A DNA stretch of 62,597 nucleotides, the filler included. It is 8 parts of 8 records of this genome, joined end to end, with 100 filler letters (N's around TTAATTAATTAA, not from the genome) between each part and the next. Parts side by side here need not be neighbours in the genome. Positions count along the whole stretch, not along the records: positions 31,150 to 37,508 come from SRR31147125_53426; positions 37,609 to 43,616 come from SRR31147125_53436; 6 more parts are not named here. One strand, 5' to 3'. Of the stretch, positions 31,150 to 40,862 are shown piece by piece. Below the pieces are notes generated by a model. It saw nothing but the letters and a program-made list of their open reading frames with translations, was not told the origin of the DNA and searched no databases. Within the stretch, counting starts at the first letter, position 1. Each line of letters starts with the position of its first letter. The position numbers and the translations under genes are program-made.

Positions 31150-32042
31150 AAAAGAAGGTAGCTAGTTTCCTCAATATCCAATGCATCAGCTACCCAAATC
31201 CCTAGAAGAATTGACAATAATACAACCAATACTCCTCCTCCAAATGAATAGAGTAAAAACTTTTCCCATTTCCCTGTAACTAAAAAACATATTAATTCAT
31301 CTAATTTTTCTGAAACATTTAAATCTGATGCTCTATTTTGAAACTCCGTTAAAAGTTTTAATGAAAATAACTTCATCGTTTTTATAAATGTTATAAAATA
31401 GGAAAAAACTATAGAGAAAAATATAAATATTCCAATTTTTCCACTGTGAAGCTGCATTATTTTAGTTATTTTATTTGGATGATTTATAAAATTTTCTAAA
31501 TAATTTCTTAACAAAGCTTCCACATCATTTCCCCACGTTTTAGCAGTATGTCTAATCTCATATTTTATTCTATTATCAAATGATAAATCTGATAATATGC
31601 TATTAAGTTTTAGTTTTGAAAGCGAAGTTCTTCTGCTAATAAAACTCACTGTTATTTCCTGTTTTTCTGGCGCTGTTTTACCTTCGAAAAAGATTAAATA
31701 TATCCAGGTTATGTCTAATCTAATGCAAATTTTCTTTCCAATTTCCCTAAAAGCTAAAAAACTCTCCAAATCGGATAATTCCTTTGCGCTTCCATTCGAA
31801 AAATACATTTTTATATTGCAACTTACCAATTTCCCCTTATTTTGTTGCTTAACTCTTTGATCCAGCAACTCATTCAAATCATATATACCTTCTTTTTGAA
31901 TTTCAAATCCTCCAGAGAATTGACCAGTTATGCTTTCTGGCTTCCCAAGTAGCTTTCCAATAAAATCTTTAAATTCATCTTCATTAAAAGGTAATTGAAT
32001 ATAACCACTATTGCTTAACTTTTTCTCATCAGTCTTCCCCAT
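31150..32042 (-). CDS. Hypothetical membrane protein, 3' partial
   Basis: GGGAGG ribosome-binding site; ~200-aa soluble N-terminus then two hydrophobic segments. Confidence 0.7.
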
Positions 32043-32169
32043 CTTTTTTCCTCCCTAACCCTCGCAGTGTCTTCTATAGTGTTTTCTTTGTTCTATTTTA
32101 CCATATTTTTTATGTGTTTAAAATAAAAAAAGAACCTGCTTTAAGCAAGTTCTCTAAAACTAATAACAA

Positions 32170-32715
32170 TTATATTTTTAAGCCTGTAAAGCCAAACATA
32201 AGCATTGAAATTACACTAATAGTTATATAATAAACAAAATCAGGATTTAATTTCTCTGATTTTGTTTTAATCCTATCATATAGATTCGAAAGAACAATGA
32301 AGCTCACAAAAATAAAAACTCCGTTTAAGATTCCAAATATAATCATAGATAATAGACTCAAGTCCACATTATATATTATTGTACTTAAAAATATTACATT
32401 TAAGATTAGGTATCTCTTTTGAGCCGAGAGTTCTTTAAAAAACAATGAAAAGACAAATACTAACACCATTGTTATTAATGAACTAATCAACAAAGAAAAC
32501 GTCTCTAAGTTAAAAGGCCTTATAAGCAATAAGTTACTATAGCTAAATATTAAACTCGTTAAAATAAATATTATACTTGTAAAAACAGAGAATCTAAAAA
32601 TCTTTTTTGGCGAATTCTCCATGACTGTTGGTAGTTCTGCTCCAAAAAAATACCTAAATAGAAAATTGTTTAAAAGTAAAAGATAAAAAAACGATTTAAC
32701 TATTTCTCTCAACAT
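32170..32715 (-). CDS. Divergent RnfA-like membrane subunit
   Basis: NNFL..FFG N-terminus and SMLMFGFTGL C-terminus resemble RnfA; operon position; conserved cysteines absent. Confidence 0.65.
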   Translation of the reverse strand: MLREIVKSFFYLLLLNNFLFRYFFGAELPTVMENSPKKIFRFSVFTSIIFILTSLIFSYSNLLLIRPFNLETFSLLISSLITMVLVFVFSLFFKELSAQKRYLILNVIFLSTIIYNVDLSLLSMIIFGILNGVFIFVSFIVLSNLYDRIKTKSEKLNPDFVYYITISVISMLMFGFTGLKI

Positions 32716-33235
32716 GCTTTACCTCCTTACCTTTTATGTGATTAAAAAGCTCTAGAATTATAGTCGCCACGAATAGACCTCCACCTGTATAATTAAGCAT
32801 TAAAATTCCTTCATAATTTTTAATTATTTCAAATGAAAACAGTTCGCCAAAAGCAACAAATTCTCTTAATGCTGCAATAATTATAAGTAACAAAATTGTT
32901 TCTGATATATATTTTATTTTACATAGCTTTCCACATATTTTCACTCTTTCAACAACTATGTAAACACTATAGAACATTATCGCCGCATATTTCACAGGTA
33001 AATACCATGAAAAATTAAAATAACCAAGAAGCAAACTAACAAGCGTTACTTGTAGACTAAAAATAAAAAATCTAATAAAAAATAGGTTTTCATTTTTTAG
33101 TATTTTCTTAAATAAAAAGCTTGTAAATAAAAGTATGGAACTAATTAAACTTGTAAGAACTGCTGATTTTAAATCTTTTGTTCCCAAAACTAATACTAAA
33201 AAAGGGTAAAATAGATATACTGATTGATTAGACAT
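32696..33235 (-). CDS. Divergent RnfE-like membrane subunit
   Basis: IAALREFVAFGELF and GGGLF resemble the RnfE IRE..G and PGAF motifs; operon position. Confidence 0.65.
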   Translation of the reverse strand: MSNQSVYLFYPFLVLVLGTKDLKSAVLTSLISSILLFTSFLFKKILKNENLFFIRFFIFSLQVTLVSLLLGYFNFSWYLPVKYAAIMFYSVYIVVERVKICGKLCKIKYISETILLLIIIAALREFVAFGELFSFEIIKNYEGILMLNYTGGGLFVATIILELFNHIKGKEVKHVERNS

Positions 33236-34854
33236 TATTTATCACCTGTCTTCTCTTCACTCTCATTTTCAACAAAGCCTTCATCTGAAAACTCCTTTTC
33301 AACAAAACTCTCTTCCTCAAATCCTTCATCTTCGAATTCTTCAGAATCAAATTCTTCAAAATCTCCAAAGTCAATGTCTAATAGTACAAACTCATAACTT
33401 TCAAGAACTGTCATTATCTCTTTGTAAGCATTTAAGAAAGTAAAGGTAGCACCAGTATAGGCATCGACAGATTTATCAAACTCATAAGTTAGATCTCTTT
33501 CTCGCCAAAGACTTTGCCACTCTTCGCTTTGAATCTGAGATCCTAATCCTAGAGTCTCATTTTGCTCTAATACTTTCAAACCAGTTATAGCTCCTTCTAA
33601 ATTAAGCCCCATAACAATTTTAACCATCTCTGTAGAGTAACCCTTACTCTCAAACACAACAATGTGACCTGCCAATTCTCCATCCTTATTCACTGGTTGG
33701 AAATAATATCCCTCTTCACTCATAATTGCTTCACTCAGTTCACCGCTTTCAAAACCTTTACCAAAAAGATATTCAAGTTCCTTTGCGCTCTCTTCTGCTT
33801 GTTTGTTAAGTTTATAATCCTCTATCATTTCATCAACTCTAATAATAGTAAAACTTAATAAAAATATTGATATAAGAGTTGCAATTGATATTCCAATTTT
33901 TTTCATATTATATTTCCCTCCAAAACTCCTAGGCATAGTATATTTATTTATCGTAGGTACGAATATATTGGCTAATAAAATTGCATAAGTTACACCCTCT
34001 GGTTGAGATGTATATTTTCTAATGAAAAAAGTCATAAATCCAATAAACGACGAAAAAATAACTACTCCTACATTAGTATAAGGAGATGTTGCCATGTCCG
34101 TTACCATATAAACAGCTGCAAAACAAACTCCTCCTCCCAATAGATATATAGCAGGAGATTCTCCTGTTATTGCATACATCAACGTTAAACTTAGAAGCAT
34201 CACTATTGGTACTTTTAATTTTATATGTCCCTTTAATTTTAAATATATTGCTCCTAAAACAATGGCTACAAAGGAAACTTCGCCCATCGACCTAATTATT
34301 TGATCATTCCCATACAACAGCCCCCTTAAAAACATGGCTTTTCCACCAAACATTTCATAAACGAAATCCGTTCCTGTATACTTAATTAAAGGGAATATAC
34401 TAGCTCCTCCCTCTCCATCAATTTGCGTGTAATTATACACATACTGCGGATAGGAGATCATTACAATTAACCTCCCTACTAACGCAGGGTTAAATATATT
34501 TTTTCCTACTCCTCCAAATAACATTTTACCAACTAAGATTGACATAGCTGAACCAAATGCTACAACTTTATATGGTACTGTAACCGGTAGAGTTAATGTA
34601 AATAAAAGCGCCGTTACTATTCCACTTCCATCTAGGCACTGATTTTCTATTCCAAATAATTTTGAGGATACTGCCTCAGTTAACACAGCAAATATTATAG
34701 CTGTTATCAAGAGTAACATCACTCTAAAACCATATATTACTATGCTCATTATAATAACAGGAGCAAGCGCTAGAACAACGTCATACATTGTGCTTTCCAT
34801 TGTTAACTTCGTTCTAATATGTGGTGAAACTCCAACTACTTTCTTGTTAGACAT
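33235..34854 (-). CDS. rnfD: RnfD-RnfG fusion protein with an acidic tail
   Basis: SPHIR, KMLFGGVGKNIFNPALVGR, MVTDMATSP, EGVTYAILLAN (RnfD) followed in frame by GY..ETLGLG..DAYTGAT (RnfG FMN-binding domain). Confidence 0.88.
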   Translation of the reverse strand: MSNKKVVGVSPHIRTKLTMESTMYDVVLALAPVIIMSIVIYGFRVMLLLITAIIFAVLTEAVSSKLFGIENQCLDGSGIVTALLFTLTLPVTVPYKVVAFGSAMSILVGKMLFGGVGKNIFNPALVGRLIVMISYPQYVYNYTQIDGEGGASIFPLIKYTGTDFVYEMFGGKAMFLRGLLYGNDQIIRSMGEVSFVAIVLGAIYLKLKGHIKLKVPIVMLLSLTLMYAITGESPAIYLLGGGVCFAAVYMVTDMATSPYTNVGVVIFSSFIGFMTFFIRKYTSQPEGVTYAILLANIFVPTINKYTMPRSFGGKYNMKKIGISIATLISIFLLSFTIIRVDEMIEDYKLNKQAEESAKELEYLFGKGFESGELSEAIMSEEGYYFQPVNKDGELAGHIVVFESKGYSTEMVKIVMGLNLEGAITGLKVLEQNETLGLGSQIQSEEWQSLWRERDLTYEFDKSVDAYTGATFTFLNAYKEIMTVLESYEFVLLDIDFGDFEEFDSEEFEDEGFEEESFVEKEFSDEGFVENESEEKTGDK

Positions 34855-34945
34855 ACTACCTCCCAAATATAAAAGCTTTGTATAATAGATTGTCATTATT
34901 TATTCTATTACATAATGCTCTCAATATATAGTTTAAAATTTATAT

Positions 34946-36232
34946 TTACTCCTTAAATGTAAAACCGTACCAAATTGCTTCCATCAGAGGTTGATTAACT
35001 GGACAGGCAAATTGACAACTACTACATCTAATACATTTCTTCAAATCAAAATCTAACATCTCTTTTGTTCTATCGTTTTTGAACAACTCTACATATTTCA
35101 GAGGTACAAGTCCCATTGGGCAGACATCAAGACATTTACCACATGATATACACTCTTTGCTTTTATATGGTTTAGTTTCTTTCTCTGATAATGCCAAAAC
35201 TCCGTTTGTTCCCTTTATCACCACTTCTTTTTCATCTGATATCGCAAAACCCATCATTGGCCCGCCTAATATCAATTTATATATATTATCTCTCTTTACT
35301 TCGCAATGATTTAATAAATCTTCTACAGAAGTTCCAAGTTTAACCTTTAAGTTCTTAGGTTTAGAAACCGCTCCTCCAGATACAGTAACAATCCTCTCAA
35401 TTAAAGGTTTATTATACAAGAGCGCTTCATAAATCGCTACACAGGTTGCAGGATTTAATACAATCACCCCATAATCTATTGGAAGACCTGTCATCTCTTT
35501 TCCAAATAAACTTTGAAGTAGCTGCTTTTCGCCACCTTGCGGGTACATTGTATGCAGCTTTTCTATCTTTATTTCATGGTCATGACCAACCAACGCTTTT
35601 AGTTTATCAATGGCTTCTTTTTTATTATCCTCTATCCCTATAATGATATTAGGTATTTTATATAGTTTTTTTATAAGTTTTATACCCTTAAGTAAATTAT
35701 CTGTACTCTCAATTAAAAGCCTATTATCAGCATTCAAATAAGGTTCACACTCAGCAGCATTTATTACCAAATGCTCTATCTTTTGGTTTCCTGGGTTTTC
35801 CATCTTTCGATAAGTTGGAAACATCCCTCCTCCCATCCCGGATATTCCTGCCTCCCGAATTATAGTAAGAAACTCATTTTTACTCATTTTTTCTATATTT
35901 TTTCTTTCGTGATAATCTACATGTTTATAATGTTTATCATTTTTTATAAGCACACCCATTGTGTAGTTACCCACCCGATTAAATCTCTTCTCAATTTTTT
36001 CTACATTTCCCGAGATACTAGAGTGTATCCAAGGGGCGTTTTCTGATTTTGCAATAACTTGCCCTGCTTTTACATAATCCCCCTCTTCTATACAAAGCTC
36101 AGCTTCCACTCCAACGTGTTGTCTCAGTGGTATAAATACCTGATCAAAATCTAAAAACTCTTCCACATTTAGGTTTTCCGTTTGCCATTTATTATCTGGA
36201 GGATGAACCCCTCCTCTAAACTTTTTAAACAT
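34946..36232 (-). CDS. rnfC: Rnf complex subunit C
   Basis: GGVHP, GMGGGMFPT, NAAECEPY, YPQGGEKQL, GGPMMG, two CxxCxxCxxxCP motifs. Confidence 0.93.
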   Translation of the reverse strand: MFKKFRGGVHPPDNKWQTENLNVEEFLDFDQVFIPLRQHVGVEAELCIEEGDYVKAGQVIAKSENAPWIHSSISGNVEKIEKRFNRVGNYTMGVLIKNDKHYKHVDYHERKNIEKMSKNEFLTIIREAGISGMGGGMFPTYRKMENPGNQKIEHLVINAAECEPYLNADNRLLIESTDNLLKGIKLIKKLYKIPNIIIGIEDNKKEAIDKLKALVGHDHEIKIEKLHTMYPQGGEKQLLQSLFGKEMTGLPIDYGVIVLNPATCVAIYEALLYNKPLIERIVTVSGGAVSKPKNLKVKLGTSVEDLLNHCEVKRDNIYKLILGGPMMGFAISDEKEVVIKGTNGVLALSEKETKPYKSKECISCGKCLDVCPMGLVPLKYVELFKNDRTKEMLDFDLKKCIRCSSCQFACPVNQPLMEAIWYGFTFKE

Positions 36233-36532
36233 AAATCCTCCCAATTTGCGTCTTCACTCAACTTATGTTTCTTTACTTTATTAGTCAACAACTTCATGAT
36301 TTATCATAACATAATTTTTATAAAAAAATCAAACAAATCACAATATTATATACTTAAAAATTAAAACTTTCCCTCCTTTACTAGTTAATTAAACTCTTTG
36401 CTTTGAGTATATCAACAAATAATTCTTTATAATCATATAATACTATGTTAATATAAGTTGGTAAAAATTAGATGAAAATTTTATTTTTAATAAATACAGT
36501 TTTTAATTCAAAAAACATATTAAGGAGTTTTT

Positions 36533-37390
36533 ATGAAGTATAATAGATTAGGAAAATCAAACTTAGAAGTATCTGTTTTGGGTTTTGGATGTTGGGCAAG
36601 TGCAAAACATGGCTGGAAAGATGTTAATCAAGATGAAGCAATAAAAACGCTTGAAACGGGTTATGAAATGGGGATTAATTTTTTCGATACTGCTCCAATA
36701 TATGGCTTTGGAAAATCCGAGGAGATCTTAGGTGAACTTTTTGCAAGTGTTAGAAAAAAGATTTATTTAGCAACAAAGGTTGGATTAAGATGGAATGATT
36801 TTGGAAAAGTAACACATAATTTAAAAAGAGATAGCATTATGTATGAAGTGGAAAATAGTTTAAACAGATTAAAAACTGATTATATAGATCTTTATCAAGT
36901 TCATTGGCCTGATAAAGATACAACTATTGAGGAAACTTTTGATACTTTGATTGAATTAAAAAGACAAGGTGTCATAAAAAATATTGGCGTTTCAAATTTT
37001 TCAATGGAGCTCATTGAAAAGGTTCAGGGTGAAATTATCTCTATCCAAGAACAATATAACCTTTTGCAAAATAGTGCTGAAAAAGATATCCTACCATTTT
37101 GCGAAGAAAACAACATAGGTTTCATAGCTTACAGTCCTTTAGCACAAGGCCTTTTGTCAGGTAAAGTTAAAAAGGGATATAAATTTGGAAAGGGCGACAT
37201 TAGAAGATTTAATCCACTATTTAAAGATCAGGAACTATTTGATAAAATCAATGAAATTGAAAAGCCACTAATTGACTCAGCTATTCAATACATCCTAAAA
37301 AATAAGCCAGTAAGCTCCATGATTATTAGTATGACAAAGGAGAACCACCTATTAAACAATCTGAAGATAGTTAATGAATTCTATAAATAG
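36533..37390 (+). CDS. Aldo/keto reductase
   Basis: LGFGCW, FFDTAPIYG, ATKVG, DYIDLYQVHWPD, IGVSNF, YSPLAQG. Confidence 0.93.
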   Translation: MKYNRLGKSNLEVSVLGFGCWASAKHGWKDVNQDEAIKTLETGYEMGINFFDTAPIYGFGKSEEILGELFASVRKKIYLATKVGLRWNDFGKVTHNLKRDSIMYEVENSLNRLKTDYIDLYQVHWPDKDTTIEETFDTLIELKRQGVIKNIGVSNFSMELIEKVQGEIISIQEQYNLLQNSAEKDILPFCEENNIGFIAYSPLAQGLLSGKVKKGYKFGKGDIRRFNPLFKDQELFDKINEIEKPLIDSAIQYILKNKPVSSMIISMTKENHLLNNLKIVNEFYK

Positions 37391-37451
37391 AAAAACTATA
37401 TATCAAGTGAAGTTTATAAGGTTCTTGTATTTTTATAAAAATGTACAAAAA

Positions 37452-37484
37452 AATAACAGAACCCGTATGCCAGGTTCTGTTATT
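37452..37484. terminator. Probable bidirectional terminator hairpin
   Basis: AATAACAGAACC..GGTTCTGTTATT inverted repeat. Confidence 0.6.
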
Positions 37485-37508
37485 AAAGAGAAGTTAATAA
37501 AGGGATTA

Positions 37509-37608
37509 NNNNNNNNNNNNNNNNNNNNNNNNNNNNNNNNNNNNNNNNNNNNTTAATTAATTAANNNNNNNNNNNNNNNNNNNNNNNNNNNNNNNNNNNN
37601 NNNNNNNN
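37509..37608. other. Artificial contig spacer
   Basis: N-run with TTAATTAATTAA. Confidence 0.99.
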
Positions 37609-38007
37609 TGGATTACGTTTTTCTCGATTTCATTTGTGTCCGTCGCCGCAGAAAAGGATTACGGTAACGGTCTGAAAAATATTTTCAAAGTAGGCTTTAA
37701 AATCTTTTTCAAAGTTATGCTTGTTGATTTTATCAGCATTATTATCGGTTTTATAATAGGTTTTTTGTATGGAATATATTCCGCAAGTTATATTAGTGTA
37801 TACTACTCAGGTTTTATGTTTGATGAACCCGGGTTCATAATAATATCAATCTTTGCCTTTTTGCTGGCTGTTGCCGCAAATGCTGTAACTATGTCTTTCC
37901 TTTACGTTTATGCCAATAAGCTGTATTCAAAAAAGCGTAAAGAAATCTATAACGAATCACAAAACACACAAACCCCTCAAATGTCTATAAAAAATCACAA
38001 CCCGTAG
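37609..38007 (+). CDS. Hypothetical membrane protein, 5' partial
   Basis: Hydrophobic ORF running from the contig edge; followed by a terminator at 38024-38054. Confidence 0.55.
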   Translation, partial: WITFFSISFVSVAAEKDYGNGLKNIFKVGFKIFFKVMLVDFISIIIGFIIGFLYGIYSASYISVYYSGFMFDEPGFIIISIFAFLLAVAANAVTMSFLYVYANKLYSKKRKEIYNESQNTQTPQMSIKNHNP

Positions 38008-38063
38008 ATAACCGATTAATAATAAAAAAACAGTCAAATACGGCTGTTTTTTTTAATTAAAAT

Positions 38064-38093
38064 TTAACAATTATCCGCAGAATGTGCTATAAT
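38064..38093 (+). promoter_or_regulatory. SigA-type promoter with extended -10
   Basis: TTAACA-18 nt-TATAAT with TG two bases before the -10. Confidence 0.7.
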
Positions 38094-38099
38094 AAATAT

Positions 38100-38350
38100 A
38101 GTATTAATACTTTCACATCCATAGGGCAACTTAATAAATGTAACTTTTAAATTGTGACAACTCGGCAAGAGTAGATATGGAGACACTGTATTGACTAACA
38201 AAGAAACCTATACTAACAATCAATTAAAAAACCTTCGGAAGCTAAGTTCGATATCCAATGTGAAAAAAGCTTTTATGCTTCCGTGCAAATCATACGGAGA
38301 ATTAAATTATTTAAAGCAGAACAGTCTAATTTGTAGACTGTTTTATTTTT
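38100..38350 (+). ncRNA. Candidate stand-alone structured ncRNA, family not recognised
   Basis: Own promoter and terminator (AACAGTCTA-atttg-TAGACTGTT-T-run), no listed ORF, closing helix TTTCACAT/ATGTGAAA and several short hairpins. Confidence 0.55.
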
Positions 38351-38528
38351 AAATAAATAACTTATGTATAAAAGCTTATAAACTTAAAAACATGCTTTGA
38401 TTAAAAACCCTAATAATATTGTGACATTGTTACTTTAGTAACTCAATTTTCATGCCATAATTAAGTCAATTCAAAGGAAATTTAAAGACTGAAATCTTTA
38501 ATTTAAATACATTACGGAGGTAAAGATT

Positions 38529-39215
38529 ATGGAAACAATGCAACAAGAAAGACAATTCACTATGCCCCTTATCGGAGATAAAGCGCCATCTTTTAAAGCT
38601 ACAACAACACAAGGGGAAATTAATTTCCCAGAAGATTTCAAAGGAAAATGGATAATCCTATTTTCACACCCGGCAGACTTTACACCGGTATGTACAACAG
38701 AGTTTATGACATTTGCAACGATGCAGGATGAGTTTGAAAAACTAAATGTTCAGCTTATTGGTTTGTCAGTTGACTCTCTATATTCGCACATTGCATGGCT
38801 AAGAACTATTCAGGAAAAAATAGAATACAAGGGAATGAAAAACGTTGAAGTTAAATTCCCATTAATTGAGGACATTTCAATGAACGTTGCCAATAAATTC
38901 GGCATGATTCAGCCAAATGTTTCAACCACCCAAGCAGTACGTGCAGTATTTGTAATAGACCCTGATGCAACTATCAGAACTATTCTATACTATCCGGCAT
39001 CAACAGGCAGAAACTTTGACGAGATTAAACGCATTATAGTGGCACTGCAAAAAGCAGATGCTGAACAAATAGCAACACCTGCTGACTGGCGTCCGGGCGA
39101 AGACGTAATTATCCCTCCTGCCGGTTCATGCGGAACAGCTAAGGAAAGAATGGAAGATAAAGACGAAAACAAATATTGCCTAGACTGGTTTATGTGTTTT
39201 AAAAAAGAAAAATAG
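38529..39215 (+). CDS. Peroxiredoxin (Prx6/TDXH-type)
   Basis: FSHPADFTPVCTTE, GRNFDEI, TPADW, C-terminal CLDWFMC. Confidence 0.93.
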   Translation: METMQQERQFTMPLIGDKAPSFKATTTQGEINFPEDFKGKWIILFSHPADFTPVCTTEFMTFATMQDEFEKLNVQLIGLSVDSLYSHIAWLRTIQEKIEYKGMKNVEVKFPLIEDISMNVANKFGMIQPNVSTTQAVRAVFVIDPDATIRTILYYPASTGRNFDEIKRIIVALQKADAEQIATPADWRPGEDVIIPPAGSCGTAKERMEDKDENKYCLDWFMCFKKEK

Positions 39216-39247
39216 TAGATACTTATTAATAAAAGGAAGGTAAAATT

Positions 39248-39628
39248 ATGAAAAAAGAACAAGTGAAATTTTTATACTGCCAACATTGCGGCAACTTGGT
39301 GGAAATGATTGAAGACAGCGGCGTAGATATCATATGCTGCGGTGAAGAAATGACAGAACTAGTAGCTAAAACAGCAGACACGGGCGTTGAAAAACATCTG
39401 CCGAAAGTCGAAAAAGACGGGGACCTATTAAAGGTAACAGTAGGCGAAGTGCTTCACCCAATGACCGAAGACCACTCAATCCAATGGATTGCTGTAGTTG
39501 AAGATGATAATATTCAAAGAGTGAATCTGAAGCCTACAGACGAACCAAAAGCTGAGTTCCATGTAAAAGGCAGTGCGGATGTATATGCATACTGCAACCT
39601 GCATGGACTATGGAAGACAAGTGTGTAA
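39248..39628 (+). CDS. Desulfoferrodoxin / superoxide reductase
   Basis: CxxC..CCG centre I; EKHLP, HPM..H, YCNLHGLW. Confidence 0.93.
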   Translation: MKKEQVKFLYCQHCGNLVEMIEDSGVDIICCGEEMTELVAKTADTGVEKHLPKVEKDGDLLKVTVGEVLHPMTEDHSIQWIAVVEDDNIQRVNLKPTDEPKAEFHVKGSADVYAYCNLHGLWKTSV

Positions 39629-39897
39629 AAATCTTCTTTAACTAAATATTACTTACTAAAAGCCCTGTTTTGCAGGGCTTTTAAAAATCTAAATAATATA
39701 CTATCTATGAAATTGGAATTTCGAGTGGTTCAGAATCAACAATATACTTTTTGTCAATAAGTCTTAAATGGGTTGGTGGATTGGAAATTTGAAATGACCA
39801 ATTACCGCTTTCACCTGTATCCTCGTTATAAAATAGGTAGTCATTAGGAATTCTAGTTCTTCCTTATCTTCCAAGGCTTTTAGCCCCTTAATTCAAT

Positions 39898-40731
39898 TCA
39901 AATATTCCTTCCGAAATTAATTGCAGTAACAGCATTTGAACACAGAATTTTTGTATATAATCCCTGCTGTGATACCAAGATTATTTCTGCATATTCACAT
40001 ACAGGAAGCTGTCTGTTGTCTGAAAACCGCTTATCAGGTGCGCCGTTTTTATTTACATATTTCCAAGTATAATTAATAATATTCGCATCACGAGGCACAG
40101 AACCTTGTTCAACAAAATTAACAGTCGAGATTTCATAATTTATGGTGTTGTAGTCAACTACCCCGTATTCGCCCCCTTTATGAATTAACATTTTATCAGG
40201 CATCAAAAATATGGTTTCTTTTTGAAGTTTAAGCTTAATAATATCAACATTGGACTTTATATAATACGGTTTACCTGCTATCTTTATTGATTTGCGGGTG
40301 ACACCTGCACTGGCGCCTGCACTTCTTTTAGCATCAGCAACTGCTGTTTCCTCACTGGTCTGCCACAGCATTGAACACCCTTTTAATTTCATCCATTGTT
40401 CAACCCTGTTTTTACATATTTCCGCCGAGTAATCATCAAGTTCATATGTAAAAACAACTCTGCCTCTAGTTAATAAATATATTTTCATTGCGACGCCAAT
40501 TATACCTGCAAAAAAACCAATAAGGATTGTATCGTCGTTAAACAGGAAAATAAAAAAGCATACCAATACGGTGCTTACTATATTCAAAGTTGAGGTTAAT
40601 TTCAGCTTTTTTATAATTTGCTCATATTCTATATTTTCAGGGCTAGTAATGTCTCCCTGACTATAGCTGACACCTGACCTGTTCACATATACATTGACGC
40701 CCTTGCTAGTTATATTTTTGCCTGAATTCAT
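39898..40731 (-). CDS. DUF4236-related membrane protein
   Basis: SGVSY N-terminal segment, two TM helices, C-terminal WKYVNKNGAPDKRFSDN. Confidence 0.6.
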   Translation of the reverse strand: MNSGKNITSKGVNVYVNRSGVSYSQGDITSPENIEYEQIIKKLKLTSTLNIVSTVLVCFFIFLFNDDTILIGFFAGIIGVAMKIYLLTRGRVVFTYELDDYSAEICKNRVEQWMKLKGCSMLWQTSEETAVADAKRSAGASAGVTRKSIKIAGKPYYIKSNVDIIKLKLQKETIFLMPDKMLIHKGGEYGVVDYNTINYEISTVNFVEQGSVPRDANIINYTWKYVNKNGAPDKRFSDNRQLPVCEYAEIILVSQQGLYTKILCSNAVTAINFGRNI

Positions 40732-40862
40732 ACCATGTTTCTCTCTTTCTAATTATATCTTTATAGTATAAATTATACAGTTATCCCATTATATTAGCAA
40801 GAAAAAACCCTGTTTTACAGGGCTTAGCAGAATCGAATTATATTATCACCTTTTACAAGGTA

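Noticed and set aside
39705-39897. Short minus-strand coding-like stretch (..DYLFYNEDTGESGNWSFQISNPP..)
   Set aside because: No start codon or ribosome-binding site; at most a gene remnant and unassignable.
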